A stretch of DNA of 64,000 nucleotides. Origin: Vicugna vicugna (Eukaryota). The stretch lies in the NCBI GenBank assembly GCA_013265495.1, contig MU057887.1:4057668-4121667 (forward strand), in the 5' to 3' direction. The notes beneath the pieces are model-generated. The model searched no databases. It was given only the letters and a program-made list of their open reading frames with translations, and was not told the origin of the DNA. Shown one piece after another: positions 47,801 to 59,791 of the stretch. The stretch's first letter is position 1. Each line of letters begins with the position of its first letter. A program made the position numbers and the translations under genes.

Positions 47801-49330
47801 TGGCCCTTCTGGGATGAAAAGAGATTATTGTTCTGCTGAGATTTCATTTCAGTGGTTTTAGAAGAACAGATTGTTTCATATATTTATTCGCCACATGTAT
47901 TACGGTGAACTGCCCGTTCGTGTGTTTTGGCCAATTTTTCTGTTGGCTTTGTGGTATTTTCTTATTGATTTGTAAGATATTTTTATGTTACATATGTTAA
48001 CTTTTTGGGGATCATATGTTTTCTGGATTTGTTATTTTCCTTTCTATTTTGTTATTGGTAATCTTTTGCTTGTCAAAAGAATTCCATCTTTATAAGGTCT
48101 AGTATGTTTAAACTATATTGATTTCCGATAGAGTAAGTACCTTTTCTTTTGCCCTCCTTCCTCAAAATTTCTTGGTTAATTGTATGCATTTTTTTCTAGG
48201 TGAATTTCTGAATCATTTGAAATTGACTGGGATTGCACTGATTGTATAGATTAATTGGGGCAATGACTGGCTGGTTTATAGTTTTGAGTTTACCAATTTA
48301 GGAACAGGTTGTATTTTTTCTAGGTCCAAGTTGGAGCTGTTGTGACTTGGACTAAAACAGTGACGGTGAAGACAGAGAAGGAGGTGGCTGGAGATATGTT
48401 TCAGAGGTAGAACTGAGCTGCTCTGGTGACATGTTGGACATCAGAGAGAAGGGCAGGTAGGAGTCACCTCTTGTTTTTTGGCTTGGTCACTGTGTGCCTG
48501 TTACCAATTCATGTTCTCATGTGACAGCTGCTCTTATGCACCAGCTCTGACCTGCAGCCTCTTTCCTCACCAGCAGCTGCACATTTTTTGTGGAAGCCTT
48601 GCCCCTCCAAGGAGCTGTAAGCCTCACTGTGCAGCAGGGAGCAGGGCTCTTCCAGATTCCCCAGCCCTTCAGCCCTTCAGCCCTTCAGCCCCACAGGTAG
48701 TACCAACTGCCGGCACTGGATGCTTCTGTAACCCTTGGAGTCTCTCTTACCTACTTAGTAGGTAACCTCCTTTTACTTGTTAACAATTCCATATATATAT
48801 GTATGTGTATATATATATATATTTTTTTTCCTTTTCACATTGCCAATGTGTTTTTTATCTTCTGCCTGGAGCCTGATTCATGGATGTGGACGGAGATGTC
48901 ATTTTCTGAGGTGAGGATGACAGGGCCAGGCTGTTTTGGTGGGTGTGTCAGTCAGGGCTCAGTGCAGAAAACAGAAACAACTCTTATGTTTTTAAGACAG
49001 AAATGGATTTATACCATGGGATATTATAAAATTATTGGATGGGCTGATGGTGTAGGGACTGAGAGGGATGGTGAGGGGCCACTGAGCTGAAGAAGAGACT
49101 GGGTAGCTGCGACGTGAGGCCAGGAACCCGGGGTGGTGACACTTAGCTCCTGCTGCCTGCACTGCACCCTCTCTTAGCAGCTGTCTCCACGCCTCATTTG
49201 CCTGCAGACTCGGCACAGACATGCTGTCTTCTCGACCTCACAAGGCTGTGCCTAATTCAGCAACTCCACTCAGAAGTTCAGCTTCAAGTGAGAATGAAAA
49301 ACTTAGTTTTTAGGTTCTAAAGTACAGAAT

Positions 49331-49460
49331 GGGGGAGGAGGTAGAGCTCAGTGGTAAAGCGCGTGCTTAGCATGCACGAAGTCCTGGGGTTCAATCCCCA
49401 GTACGTCCATTAAAAAAATTACCCAAATTACCTCCCTCCTTCACCCGGACAAAAAAATAA
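49331..49460 (+). mobile_element. Vic-1-like SINE derived from tRNA-Ala(AGC)
   Basis: Head agctcagtggtaaagcgcgtgcttagcatgcacgaagtcctggggttcaatccccagtac with Pol III A/B boxes, an A-rich tail, and a flanking direct repeat aaagtac(a/g)ga. Confidence 0.85.
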
Positions 49461-49479
49461 AGTACGGAGAGACAGAAGC

Positions 49480-50000
49480 GCGGGGCTTGGTGGAGGGGTC
49501 CAGGCGGAGGTGGCCTGGGGATTATGGGGTCATCAAATCCAGCCGCGCGGCGGGTTGGAGCAGAGCCACCACTCCTGTGGTGCTGTCCGCGGCCGCTTCC
49601 ACGTTCTGCTACAACGGCAGAGCTGGGTAGTTGCAACCGAGACCTCGTGACCTGCAAAGACAAAAGACGTCACTATCTGGCCCTTTACAAAAAACCTTTG
49701 CCGACCTCTGACTTGGAGGGCGGAGCGCGAGGGCGCCGCAGCAGAGGCCGAGGGATTTGGCAGAAGGGAGCGCTCCGACGTGTGAATCGGCAGGGAGTTC
49801 CAGTCTCCCGGGCTCGGCTGACTGCTCCGCGAGCCGCAGGTGCTGGGGGGCTCGGGGAGCATCGCTCCTCAAGGCTCCACCGCCCCGTGGGCGACTCTCG
49901 CGTTCGCCACCAGAGTCAATGCCGCAGACGCATCCCAACCACCTTACAGTGAAATTCCCGCATGATGAATTACCTGACGTGGTTGTTTAAAAGTGCCATT
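49480..50000. promoter_or_regulatory. Orphan CpG-rich island (candidate promoter/enhancer)
   Basis: Abrupt rise in CpG density within repeat-rich, AT-rich DNA. No recognisable coding exon nearby. Confidence 0.45.
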
Positions 50001-50559
50001 TGCAAGAAACAACACTTAGATCTGCATCCGGGTTCCTGGTGTACTTTCTCTTTATGTCGCCAGGGCCATCTCGCTGGCTTGCCCTCGGTTTACGTAATGA
50101 TGATTAGGCGTCATTCATGGGAATTACGTTGCCACCGTGTGACAGGGACTGTCCCCAAGGCTTGGCAGGGACCTGGCTCAAGCAGGTCTGGCCGGGCCCA
50201 CACAGCGTCTTTTTGGAAGATGAGGGGGAGCCAGCAACCAGCGAGATGGAAGGAAGACCAAGAGTGGCGGCACTAGGAGGACCGCGTGGAGAATTTCAGG
50301 AGGGCTGAGGGGTCGCTGTTCAATGTCTGGAGAAGCTGAGGAAGGCCAGTCTGCCGAGGCTGGTGAAATGGAGCTGCTGATGAGGAAAAAACCACGGTGA
50401 AAAGAAACAGCGCGGCCTGCGCCCCTGCACACTGAAACCCCATCCCCAAACAGCCCCTGACATGGTCTAATAGGATATATAACATGCAAGCGGATAACTT
50501 CCAGTATCTGAACCACAGTGGGGAACGGTGGTGCCAGAAACTGAGCCGGTGCCTCGGAG

Positions 50560-50880
50560 ACCCAAGAGCAGGAAAGCCCCCAAAGCACGGAGGAGAAATA
50601 CAGGGGAAGCCGTGAGGGAAAAGATAAACAGCTTGAGGAGGTATGTACCTGGCTAAACACAGGCGTTCTAGAAGGAGAAGAGGAAAGACTGGTGCTTCAG
50701 TCAACACCAGACGAGAACTCTCCTCGGCTGAAGCCAGACTGGAGTCTGTTGCCTGAGGTGCTTTCTGGACCCCGGGGCGACCTGATGGGAAAGGCGACTG
50801 TTCAGCTACAAGACAAAGATATCTTACAAGATTCTAGGAAGAAAACCCAAATTACCTACAAAAGGAAACATCAGAGTGGA
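50560..50880 (+). mobile_element. Ancient LINE-1 ORF1 remnant
   Basis: ...KDILQDSRKKTQITYKRK resembles the L1 ORF1p C-terminal motif (KEKILKAAREK.QITYKG). Confidence 0.5.
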
Positions 50881-51204
50881 AGCTGGAGGATAGCAAGATA
50901 GCAAGAAAGGTCTCCTGCAGGGAAAGACACACCTAGGGTCCTTCTCCAGGAGAGCCTTCACCTACCTGCGCAGGAGGGGTGCTGGGGTGATGGGATCTCA
51001 GAGAGCAGAGCATCAGTGCCCGAGAGGAAAATCCAGGAAGAGTAGAAACAAACAGCAAATATACCAGAGCCAGACTCTGCAATGGAGGGAGAGAGGAGAC
51101 GTTGTGGAGCTTTCTCTTTATGAATCTCCCCCACTTCACACACAGGTTCTAATAAAAATTAAACCATTTCAGTGAAACCTAGATGCTGAGGGAGAGGGAG
51201 ATGG

Positions 51205-53950
51205 TAGTTCTAATTTTAGTTTTATGAGGAATTGCTATACTGTTTCCAGAGTGGCTCTACCAATTTACATTCCCACCAGCAGCGTACAAGTGTTCCCTTT
51301 TCTCCACATCCTCGCCAACACTTGTTATTGCTTAGCTCTTTGATAATAGCCATTCTGACACGTGTGAGATGATATCTCACTGTGCTTTTGATTTATATTT
51401 CCCTGATGATTAATGATGTTGAGCATCTTTTCAGGTGCCTGTTGGCCATCCTTATGTGTTTTTTGGAAAAAAAAGTTTATTCAGGTCTTCTATTTTTTTT
51501 CTTTTTCTCTTTTTTAAACTAAATTGTCACTGATTTACAATATTATGTTAGTTTTGAGTGTACAGCTTAGTGGTTCAGTACTTTCCTGCCAATTTTTAAA
51601 TTACGTTGTTTGGTTTTTTGTTAATGAGTTGTGCAAGCTATTTATATATGTTGGATACTAACCCCTTATCAGTCATACTATTTGCAAATGTTGTCTCCTA
51701 CAGTAGGTTGTCTTTCTCTTTTGTTGATGGTTTCCTTTGCTGTGCAAAAGTGTTTAACTTTAATTAGGTCCCGTTTGTTTATTTTTGCTTTTGTTTCCAT
51801 TGCCTTAGGAAACAGATCTAAAAAATGTTGCTATGATTTATGTCAAAGAGTATTCGCCCATATTTCCTAGGAATTTTATGGTTTCTGGTCTTACATTTAG
51901 GTCTTTAATTCATTTTGAGATTATTTTTGTATGCGATGTGAGAAAATGCTCTAATTTCATTCTTTTACATGTAGCTGTCTAATTTTCCCAGTACCACTTA
52001 TTGAAGAGATTGTCTTTTCCTCGTTGTATATTCTTGCCTCCTTTGTCATAAGGTAACTGACTATAAGTGCATGAGTTTATTTCTGGGCTGTTTATTCTAT
52101 TCCATTGACCAATGTGTCTGTTTTTGTGTCAGTAACATACTGTTTTGATTACTGTAGCTTTGTAGCATAGTCTGAAGTCTGGGAGCATGATTCCTCCAGC
52201 TCTGTTCTTCTTTTTCAAGATTGTTTTGGCTATTTGAGGTCTTTCGTGTTTGCATACAAGTGTTAGAATTATTTGTTCTAGTTCTGTGAAAAATGCCTTT
52301 GGTGTTTTGATAGGGATTGAACTGAATCTGTAGAGTGCCTTGGGTAGTTCAGTCATTTTAACAATATTAATTCTTCTAATCTATGAACACAGTGTATCTT
52401 TCCATTTGTTTTTGTTGTCTTCAATTTCTTTCATCAGTGTCTTATAGTTTTTTGAGTACAGGTTTTTTACATCCTTGGTTACATTTATTCCTAGGTATTT
52501 TATTCTTTTTGATGCAGTGGCAGATGGGGTTGCTTTCTTAATTTCTCTTTCAGATAGTTCATTGCTATTGTAAAGAAACAAAACAGATTTCTGTGTATTA
52601 ATTTTGTATCCTGCAACTTTACTGAGTTCACTGATGAATTCTAGTAGTTTTTTGGTGGCATCTTTAGGATTTTCTATACATAGTTTCATGTCATATGCAT
52701 ATGACAGTTTCACTTCTTCCTTTCCAATTTCGATTCCTTTTATTTATTTTTCTTGTCTATTTGCTGTTGCTAGAATTTCAATACTATGTTCAATAAGAGT
52801 AGTGAGAGTGGGCATCCCAAGTGGACATCAGTCTTATGCCTGATCTTAGAGGAAGTGCTTTCAGTCTTTCACCATTGAGTGTGTTGTTAGCTATGGGCTT
52901 ATGATATATGGCCTTTATTATGTTGAGGTATGTTTCCTCTATACCCATTTTGCAGAGCGTTTTAATCATAAGTGGATGTTGGATTTTGTCAAAAGCTTTT
53001 TTTCTTTTCTCTCTCTTTTTTTTAAATTGAAGTATAGTCAGTTTATGATGTGTCAATTTCTAGTGTACAGCATAATATTTCAGTCATACATATACATACA
53101 TATATTCCTTTTCATATTCTTTTTTATTATAGGTTATTATAAGGTATTGAATATAGTTCCCTGTGCTATACAGTAGAAACTTGTTTATTTTTATATATAG
53201 TAGTTAGTATCTGCAAATCTTTTTTAAACTTTTTTAAAAAATATATTTTTATTGAAGTATAGTCAGTTTGCAATGTGTCAATTTCTGGTGTACAGCAAAA
53301 TACTTCAGTCACATAGGAACATACATACATTTGTTCTCATATTCTTCTTCACCATAGGTTACTACAAGATATTGAATATGGTTCCCTGTGTTATACAGTA
53401 GAAACTTGTTGTTTATCTATTTTATACATGTTAATTAGCATCTGCAAATCTCAGACTCCCAATTTATCCCTTCCCACTCCTCTCCCCACTGGTAACCGAA
53501 AGTTTGTTTTCTTTGTCTGTGAGTCTGTTTCTGTTTTGTAAGTTACTTTATTTGTGTCTTCAAAAGCTTTTTTTGCATCTATTGAGATAATCATAGGGTC
53601 TTTATTCTTCAGTTTGTTAATGTGCTGCATCACGCTGGCTGATCTGTGATGTCGAACGGTCCTTGCATCCTTGGGATAAGTCCCGCTTGATCATGGTATA
53701 TGATCCTTTTACTACATTTTTTGAGTTTGGTTTGCTGTATTTTGTTGAGGACTTTGGCATCTATGTTCATCTGTAATACTGGCCTGTAATTTTCTTTTTT
53801 GTGTGTTTTTTTTCTGGTTTTGGTATCAAGGTGATGCTGGCCTTGTAGCATGAGTTTAGAAGTGTTCCTTCCTTTGCAATTTTTGGAATAGTTTGAGGAT
53901 AGGTGTTACCTCTTCTTTAAATGTTTTGTAGAATTCACCTGTGAAGCCAG
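51205..53950 (-). mobile_element. LINE-1 ORF2 fragment (L1MA-like) with nested younger L1 3' ends
   Basis: Minus-strand peptides [45 protein letters not shown] and [15 protein letters not shown] from the reverse-transcriptase region, disrupted by stops. Confidence 0.92.
53003..53560 (-). mobile_element. Two nested 5'-truncated L1 3'-end insertions
   Basis: Two related copies (~53015-53219 and ~53245-53555), each starting at a T-run, bounded by the target-site duplication caaaagcttttt (52990 and 53561). Confidence 0.8.
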
Positions 53951-54339
53951 AACCTTTTTTTTGGTTTCTGTCCATTTTCTGCTTTAAACTATTCTTCCTT
54001 CCTTTTAGCTACCTAAAAAATTATTTGTTAGTGTATCAGACGCTCTTATGCCCATTTTAGCTCTTCTTGGGCTGATCCACCTGTAGGGACACTTGGCAGC
54101 CACCTCCTGTAGCCACTGGCTAGAGGCACCTTGCTCCTCACCTCTGTGCATTTATGTGCAGCTGTTCATATAGATGTAAGCCTCCATTTCTCTGGGATAA
54201 ATGCCCAGGAGTGCTGTTGCTGGGTGTATGGTAAGCATATGTTTGTTTTTTTTAAAGAAGTTGCCAGACTTTTCCAGAGTGGTTGCACCATTTTACATTC
54301 TCACCATGTGACTTGCTTTTTTAAATCACCATCATGCTA

Positions 54340-54470
54340 GGGGAGGGTATAGCTCAAATGGTACAGTGTGTGCTTAGCATGCGAGACGTCCTGGGTTCAA
54401 TGCCCAGTACCTCCTCTAAGAATAAATAAGCAAATAAACCTCCCCCTCCTCAACAGAAAAAGAAGAAAAC
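54340..54470 (+). mobile_element. Vic-1-like SINE
   Basis: gggagggtatagctcaaatggtacagtgtgtgcttagcatgcgagacgtcctgggttcaatgcccagtacctcc followed by an A-rich tail. Confidence 0.85.
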
Positions 54471-55529
54471 ACTGTCGTGCTGCTGAGATTCACCCACACT
54501 CTTGCTGTATCTGTATTTTCACTGTTTATAGCAGCAAATACCAGCCAGTGAGATGAGGCACAGTGGGGTGTCACAAATGAATTACAGATGTGCCTTGAGC
54601 TAGTAATGGACATCTGTTTTCTGCGGAGGTAAATTATAATCTAGTTTTTCAATAGTTACTTAAAAGTTTACTCGGTTTAGTTTACTCTTGAACAATTTCT
54701 GAGGCTCCTCCGTAAACTCAAGCCATTATTTTGGAAGAAGTGGTGCCTAGCACCCACCCCCAGAGGGCGCTCTGTACACGCCACGCCCCCCAAGACTTCC
54801 CTACTGTTTGCTCAGTTTGCCTAATTATTAGCCAGGATTTGTTTATCATTGGTGAACTTTTCTGTAACATTCATCAAGGATGAAATTTAGGTTTTTAAAA
54901 AAATTTACTTTGTTCTTTTTGTCACAAATTTAAGAACAGATACATATGGTTTGTATGACTTCTACCTTCAACGCTACCACTGCTGTCATGGGAGGCACCC
55001 TCCTCTTCTCCATCTGCTCTGTACTCAGTGCTTCTAAATAAAATATCATTAATTTTATTTGTTTTCTCAACTGTTACTTCTTGATTACTTGTTTATTTAT
55101 TACATATTGGTTGTTGATGTTAAGCATTAGCCTATTGATTATTGATGGGATTTCTCAGTTGTTGACCGCGAGGGTAGACGTTCCTTCCCTCTTCAGGTGG
55201 CTTAGCTGAGAACAGACCCGCCCGGACCGAGCGTGTCTCATCAAGACCTTGGCTGACGTCGGTGTCCAGTGCCAGGACTGCCACATGCAGCCTTGGTTCT
55301 TGGTAGGCCCTCTCCTGGGGGCTGTTCCTGGGCCTGGACGTACTTTGACTCATTTCTGGGTACTTGGAGAAGCTAGCTATGCCTAGTCCCTCTTTGGGGA
55401 GCCTGCAGATGTGTGATGTGACGCGTGCTTCTGGTCACCCTGGCTGTTGAGCCCTTACATGGTGTCTTGAGAACATCTACGACTGGCCTGTGCTGCAGAA
55501 GGATGATAGTTTGGGGACTGTGTGTTAAT

Positions 55530-58495
55530 TTTTATCATTTTAACCGTCTGTAAGGGTACAGTTCAGTGGCACTTAATACATTCACAAAGCTATGTGCCCA
55601 TCACCACGGTCTACACCCTAAACTGTCATCGTTGCTAAGATAAACTCTGTCCCCACTAAACAGTAAGTCCTCATTCCCCTCCCCCAGCCCTTTGTAACCT
55701 CTGATCTACTTTCAGTCTCTATGAATTTGACTACATTAGGTACCTTGTATGAGGGAAGTCATGCAATATTTGCCCTTTTGTGTCTGGCTTATTTCATTGA
55801 GCATGAGGTTTCCAAGTTTCATCCATGTAGTAGAGTGTGTCAGAATTTCCTTCCTTTAATGGCTGATCCAGTGTGTGCATAGATCACAATTTATTTATCC
55901 ATTTGTTGAACATTTGGGCTGTTTCTTCCTTTTGACTATTCTGAAAAATGCTGCTATGAACGTGTGTATACATATATTTACGTACCTGTTTTTATTCTTT
56001 TAGATGTGTACCTAACATTGCTGGATTATATAGCAATTTCATGTTTAGCTTTTTCAAACTCTGCCAAATTGTTTTCCACAGTGCTTGAACAATTTTACAT
56101 TCCCACCAGCAATATATGAGAGTTCTAGTTTACACACATCCTCACCAATAATTGTTTTAAAATTGTTAACTTATTTAGCTTTATTTTTTGGTATTAACTG
56201 ATTACTTAACTATTCTAACTCATGAGGGTGTAAACAAAAGTATTTGGCTTATAGCCTCCTTAATGGCCCTTTGTTTTCCTGTTCATGGCTCACTCACCAG
56301 CACTTTAATTTTCTATTTTTTTAATTTATAGTCACCCTAGTGGATGTGAAGTGGCATCTCATTGTGGCTTTGATTTGCATTTCCTTAATGATGCTGAGCA
56401 TCTTTTCACATGCGTGCTGGTCATTTGCATTTCTTCTCTGGAGAAATGTCCATTCAGGTCCTTTGCCCATTAAAAAAGGTGGGGGGGGTTGTTTGTCTTT
56501 TTGTTTGTTTGTTTTTGAGTTGGAAGAGTTCTTTATACATTTAAAAATATTTTATTTATTTATTTTTTGTTTGGGAGGGAGGTAATCAGGTTTATTTATT
56601 TACTTATTTATTTTAATGGAGGTACTGGGGATTGAACCCAGGATCTCATGCATGCGAAGCATGTGCTCTGCCACTGAGCTAGGACCCCCCCCCACCACTC
56701 TTTATACATTTTGGATGTTAGACCCTTATCAGAAACACAATTTGAAAATACTTTCTCCTGTTCTGCAAGTTGTTTAGTTACTTTTTAAAATAATGTCCTT
56801 TGATGCACAAAATTTTACATTTAGTTGTAATTTCTATTTTTTCTTTTATTGCTCATTTTTATTGATGTCATATCTAAGGATCCACTGCCAAGAATACGGT
56901 CATGAAGGTTTACCCCTGTGTTTTCTTCTAAGAGTTTTATGGCTTTAGGTTTCGTATTTAGGTTGCTGATCCATATTGATTTCATTTTTATGTATAGTGT
57001 GAGGTAGGGGTCCAAGTTCATTCTTTTGCATGTTGATATCTAGTTGTCCTGGCACCATTTATTGGTGATACTATTCTTTCTCCATTGAATGGTCTTGGCA
57101 CCCTTGTTGAAAATCAGTTTTTGCCATAGATGTATGGGTTTACTTCTTTCAGTAATATTCCGTTGGTCTTTATGTCCATCCTTATGCCAGTACCACACTG
57201 TTTTGAAACTAGTAAGTTTTGAACTTGGGAAGTGTGACTCCTCCCATTTTGTTCCTTTTCAACACTGTTTTGGTTATTCAGGGCCCCTTGCAATTCCATA
57301 TGAACTTCAGGATTGGCTTTGCCATTTCTACAAAAATGGCCATTTTGATAGAACTTGCTCGAGTCTGAAGATTGCTTTGAATAGAATTAACATCTTAATG
57401 ATATTGTCTTCCGATCCACGAATATGGGATATCTTTCCATTTATTTATGCCTTTAGTTTCTTTCAGCAGTGTTTTATAGTTTTCAGCATACAAGCCTTTT
57501 ATGTCCTTGATTTGATGTATTCCCAAGTATTTAATTCTTTTAAATAATATTGTTAAGTGGAATTACTTTCTTAGTTTTCTTTTTAGATTGTTCATTGCTG
57601 GTGTATACAAACAACTGATTTTTATATGTTGATCTTGTATTTTGTAATTTTGCTGAATTTATTTATTAACTCTAACTGCTTTCTTATTGATTCCTTGGGA
57701 TAATCTACGTATAAGATCATGTCATCTGTAAATAGAGTTAGTTTTACCTCTTCCTTTAGTATTTGGATGCCTTTTTATTTCTTTTTCCTCACTAAATAGC
57801 TCTGGTACATTCCAGTACAATGTCGAGTAACAGCAGTGAGTGTGGGCATTCTTTCCTTATTCTTGATTTACGAGGAATGAACATTTTCAATCTTTCACCA
57901 TTGTGTTAGCCGCAAGTTTTCCTTAGATGCCCTTTATGGTGTTGAAGTGGTTCCCCTTGATTTCTAGTTTGCTGAGTGTTGTTGTTGTTGTTTTTTAAAT
58001 CAGGAAATGGAATTGGATTTTGTAGTCGTCTTTCTCTGTTGTTTGAGATGATCATGTGATTCCCCCCTTTGTTCTATTAATGTACTCTAGTACATGAACG
58101 CTGTCTAATAATGAATGTATTCTGATCAGTGTATTACATTGATTGATTTTTCTTATGTTGAAGCATTTTTGCATTCCTGGGATAAATCCCATCTGGTCAT
58201 GGTATATATAGTCCTTTTAATACCCTGTTGGATTTAGTTTGCTAGTATTTTGTTGATTTTTGCATCTGTATTCTTAAGGGATATTGGTTCATAATTTTCT
58301 TTTCTTGTGATATTTTTACCTGACTTTGGTATCAAGGGGGTAATGCTGGCCTCACAAAATGAGTTAGGAAGTGTTCCCACCTCGTAAATTTTTTGGGAGA
58401 GTTTCAGAAAAATTGGTTTTAATACTTTAAATGTTTGGTAAAATTCACCAGTGGAGTTATCTGGCCCAGGAATTTTCTTTGTTGGGAAGTTTTTG
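55530..58495 (-). mobile_element. LINE-1 (L1M) 3' UTR and ORF2 fragment; continues in pieces to ~60350
   Basis: Typical reverse L1 3' UTR (cagttcagtggcacttaatacattcac...) and ORF2 peptides (NLDPYLTLY.K..S.WI..LN.KPKAIKLLEENTG). Confidence 0.88.
56543..56698 (-). mobile_element. Vic-1-like SINE inserted in L1
   Basis: Reverse tRNA-Ala-like head and A-rich tail, with a 13-bp target-site duplication tctttatacattt (56530-56542 and 56699-56711). Confidence 0.9.
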
Positions 58496-59215
58496 GGTTT
58501 TTTTTGTATTTATCTGGGGCATTGTTTTATTTATTCTAGGATTTACATTTCAAGTGCCTTTCACCTTTGATAAGAAATTCTGAAAAGAGAATCCACTTTC
58601 ATAGAGCCAGGTAAACTCAAACATTTGTCAGAGCTAGGCCATATAAAAGACATTTTAGGATATTTATAGAACTCACATGCTCTTTTCTAAAAGTCCAGGA
58701 ACACTGGCTTCTTGGTGGGCCTGGTTTGCTTGTATCTTAGTTCCTCTAGAACCTGGCTGACCTTATGTTGCATACAGTTTATAATTTAAACATATCCTAA
58801 GCTTTGTATTTCAAACTCAAAGCATGATTCAAACATAGTAAACTGTGTGAATCAGTTCTGAAATTTAACTTTCCTACTAACAGATTGCAGTTCTTTGAAA
58901 TCTGAGATTCTTTGAGCTATGGACAGTATAGCAGTGGGAAGTGAGTTATGTCATGAATGCATAAAATATATGTAGATATTTGTCTATCTGTAAATAGGTA
59001 TAGGGAGAGTGATATTCTACATAAAATTAGTAATGTTACTTTTCTTACTGTTTTATAACTTTGCTTTTAAAGAATTACATTACCATATAGCATTCCTCTC
59101 TCTCTCTCGTATTGGGAGAAATTGTTTGTCAGCCTGACCTCACAGGTAAGTGGCTTTCAAGCCTGTAACAAGATTCCCAGGGCTGCGTTATGAATATGAC
59201 TGATGTTGCAAGCCT
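58495..59215 (-). other. Retroposed non-repeat insert (mRNA 3' UTR retrocopy or L1 3' transduction)
   Basis: Interrupts the L1. On the minus strand it ends in AATAAA (58526-58531) followed ~20 nt later by an A-run. Degenerate direct repeat gaagtttt/gaggtttt at the flanks. Confidence 0.5.
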
Positions 59216-59239
59216 TAGAGGTTTTATAACGACTCGTTC

Positions 59240-59791
59240 ATCAGTGTACAGACTGGGCTGCCGTGAAGCAGTGGTGTCGATGACACTAGGCGACCATGAA
59301 GCCGTTGTATGACTGCTGCTTCATCATCAGTGCATGAACTGTTACACCCGTAAGTAAGTGTGAATTTATTTTCATATTATCTTCTCATTTGTCATGTCTA
59401 GTTTTAGTAATATGTGTAACACCGACAGTGTTTGTATCGTCTAACACAATACTGATGTAAGTACTGACAGAAACAACTCATTTTGTAAGCAGATGATGAC
59501 ACAAACTCATGATAAACTAATGATATTGATACAGTACAGAATTTTGGATGTATTTTGTCTTCCTTAGGGTTTTCTGTATAATATTTTCTGTAGATACTTT
59601 ATTGTAAGAATACAGTATATAATATGTAGCATAAAAGATGTGTTCATTGACTTTGTCTTATTGGTAAGGCTTCCGGTGAATAGTAGGCTATCAGTAGTTG
59701 TCTTCTGTTTTGGGGAGTCAAAATTACGTGTGGAATTTTGATTGCACAGAGGTGAGTTCCCCTAACCCCTGTGTTGTTTGAGTGTCAACTG
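59240..59791 (+). mobile_element. Tigger2-family DNA transposon fragment
   Basis: 3' part ...ttattgtaagaatacagtatataat...ggtaaggcttccggt...cccctaacccctgtgttgtttgagtgtcaactg ends like the 18499-18714 element. Confidence 0.7.

Noticed and set aside
49337..49409. Possible tRNA-Ala(AGC) gene
   Set aside because: The acceptor and T stems are imperfect, it has an A-rich tail and a target-site duplication, and three sibling copies lie in the window. It is a SINE.
52129..53851. Reverse-transcriptase-like ORFs as a functional gene
   Set aside because: They are fragmented L1 ORF2 with many stops, frameshifts and nested insertions.
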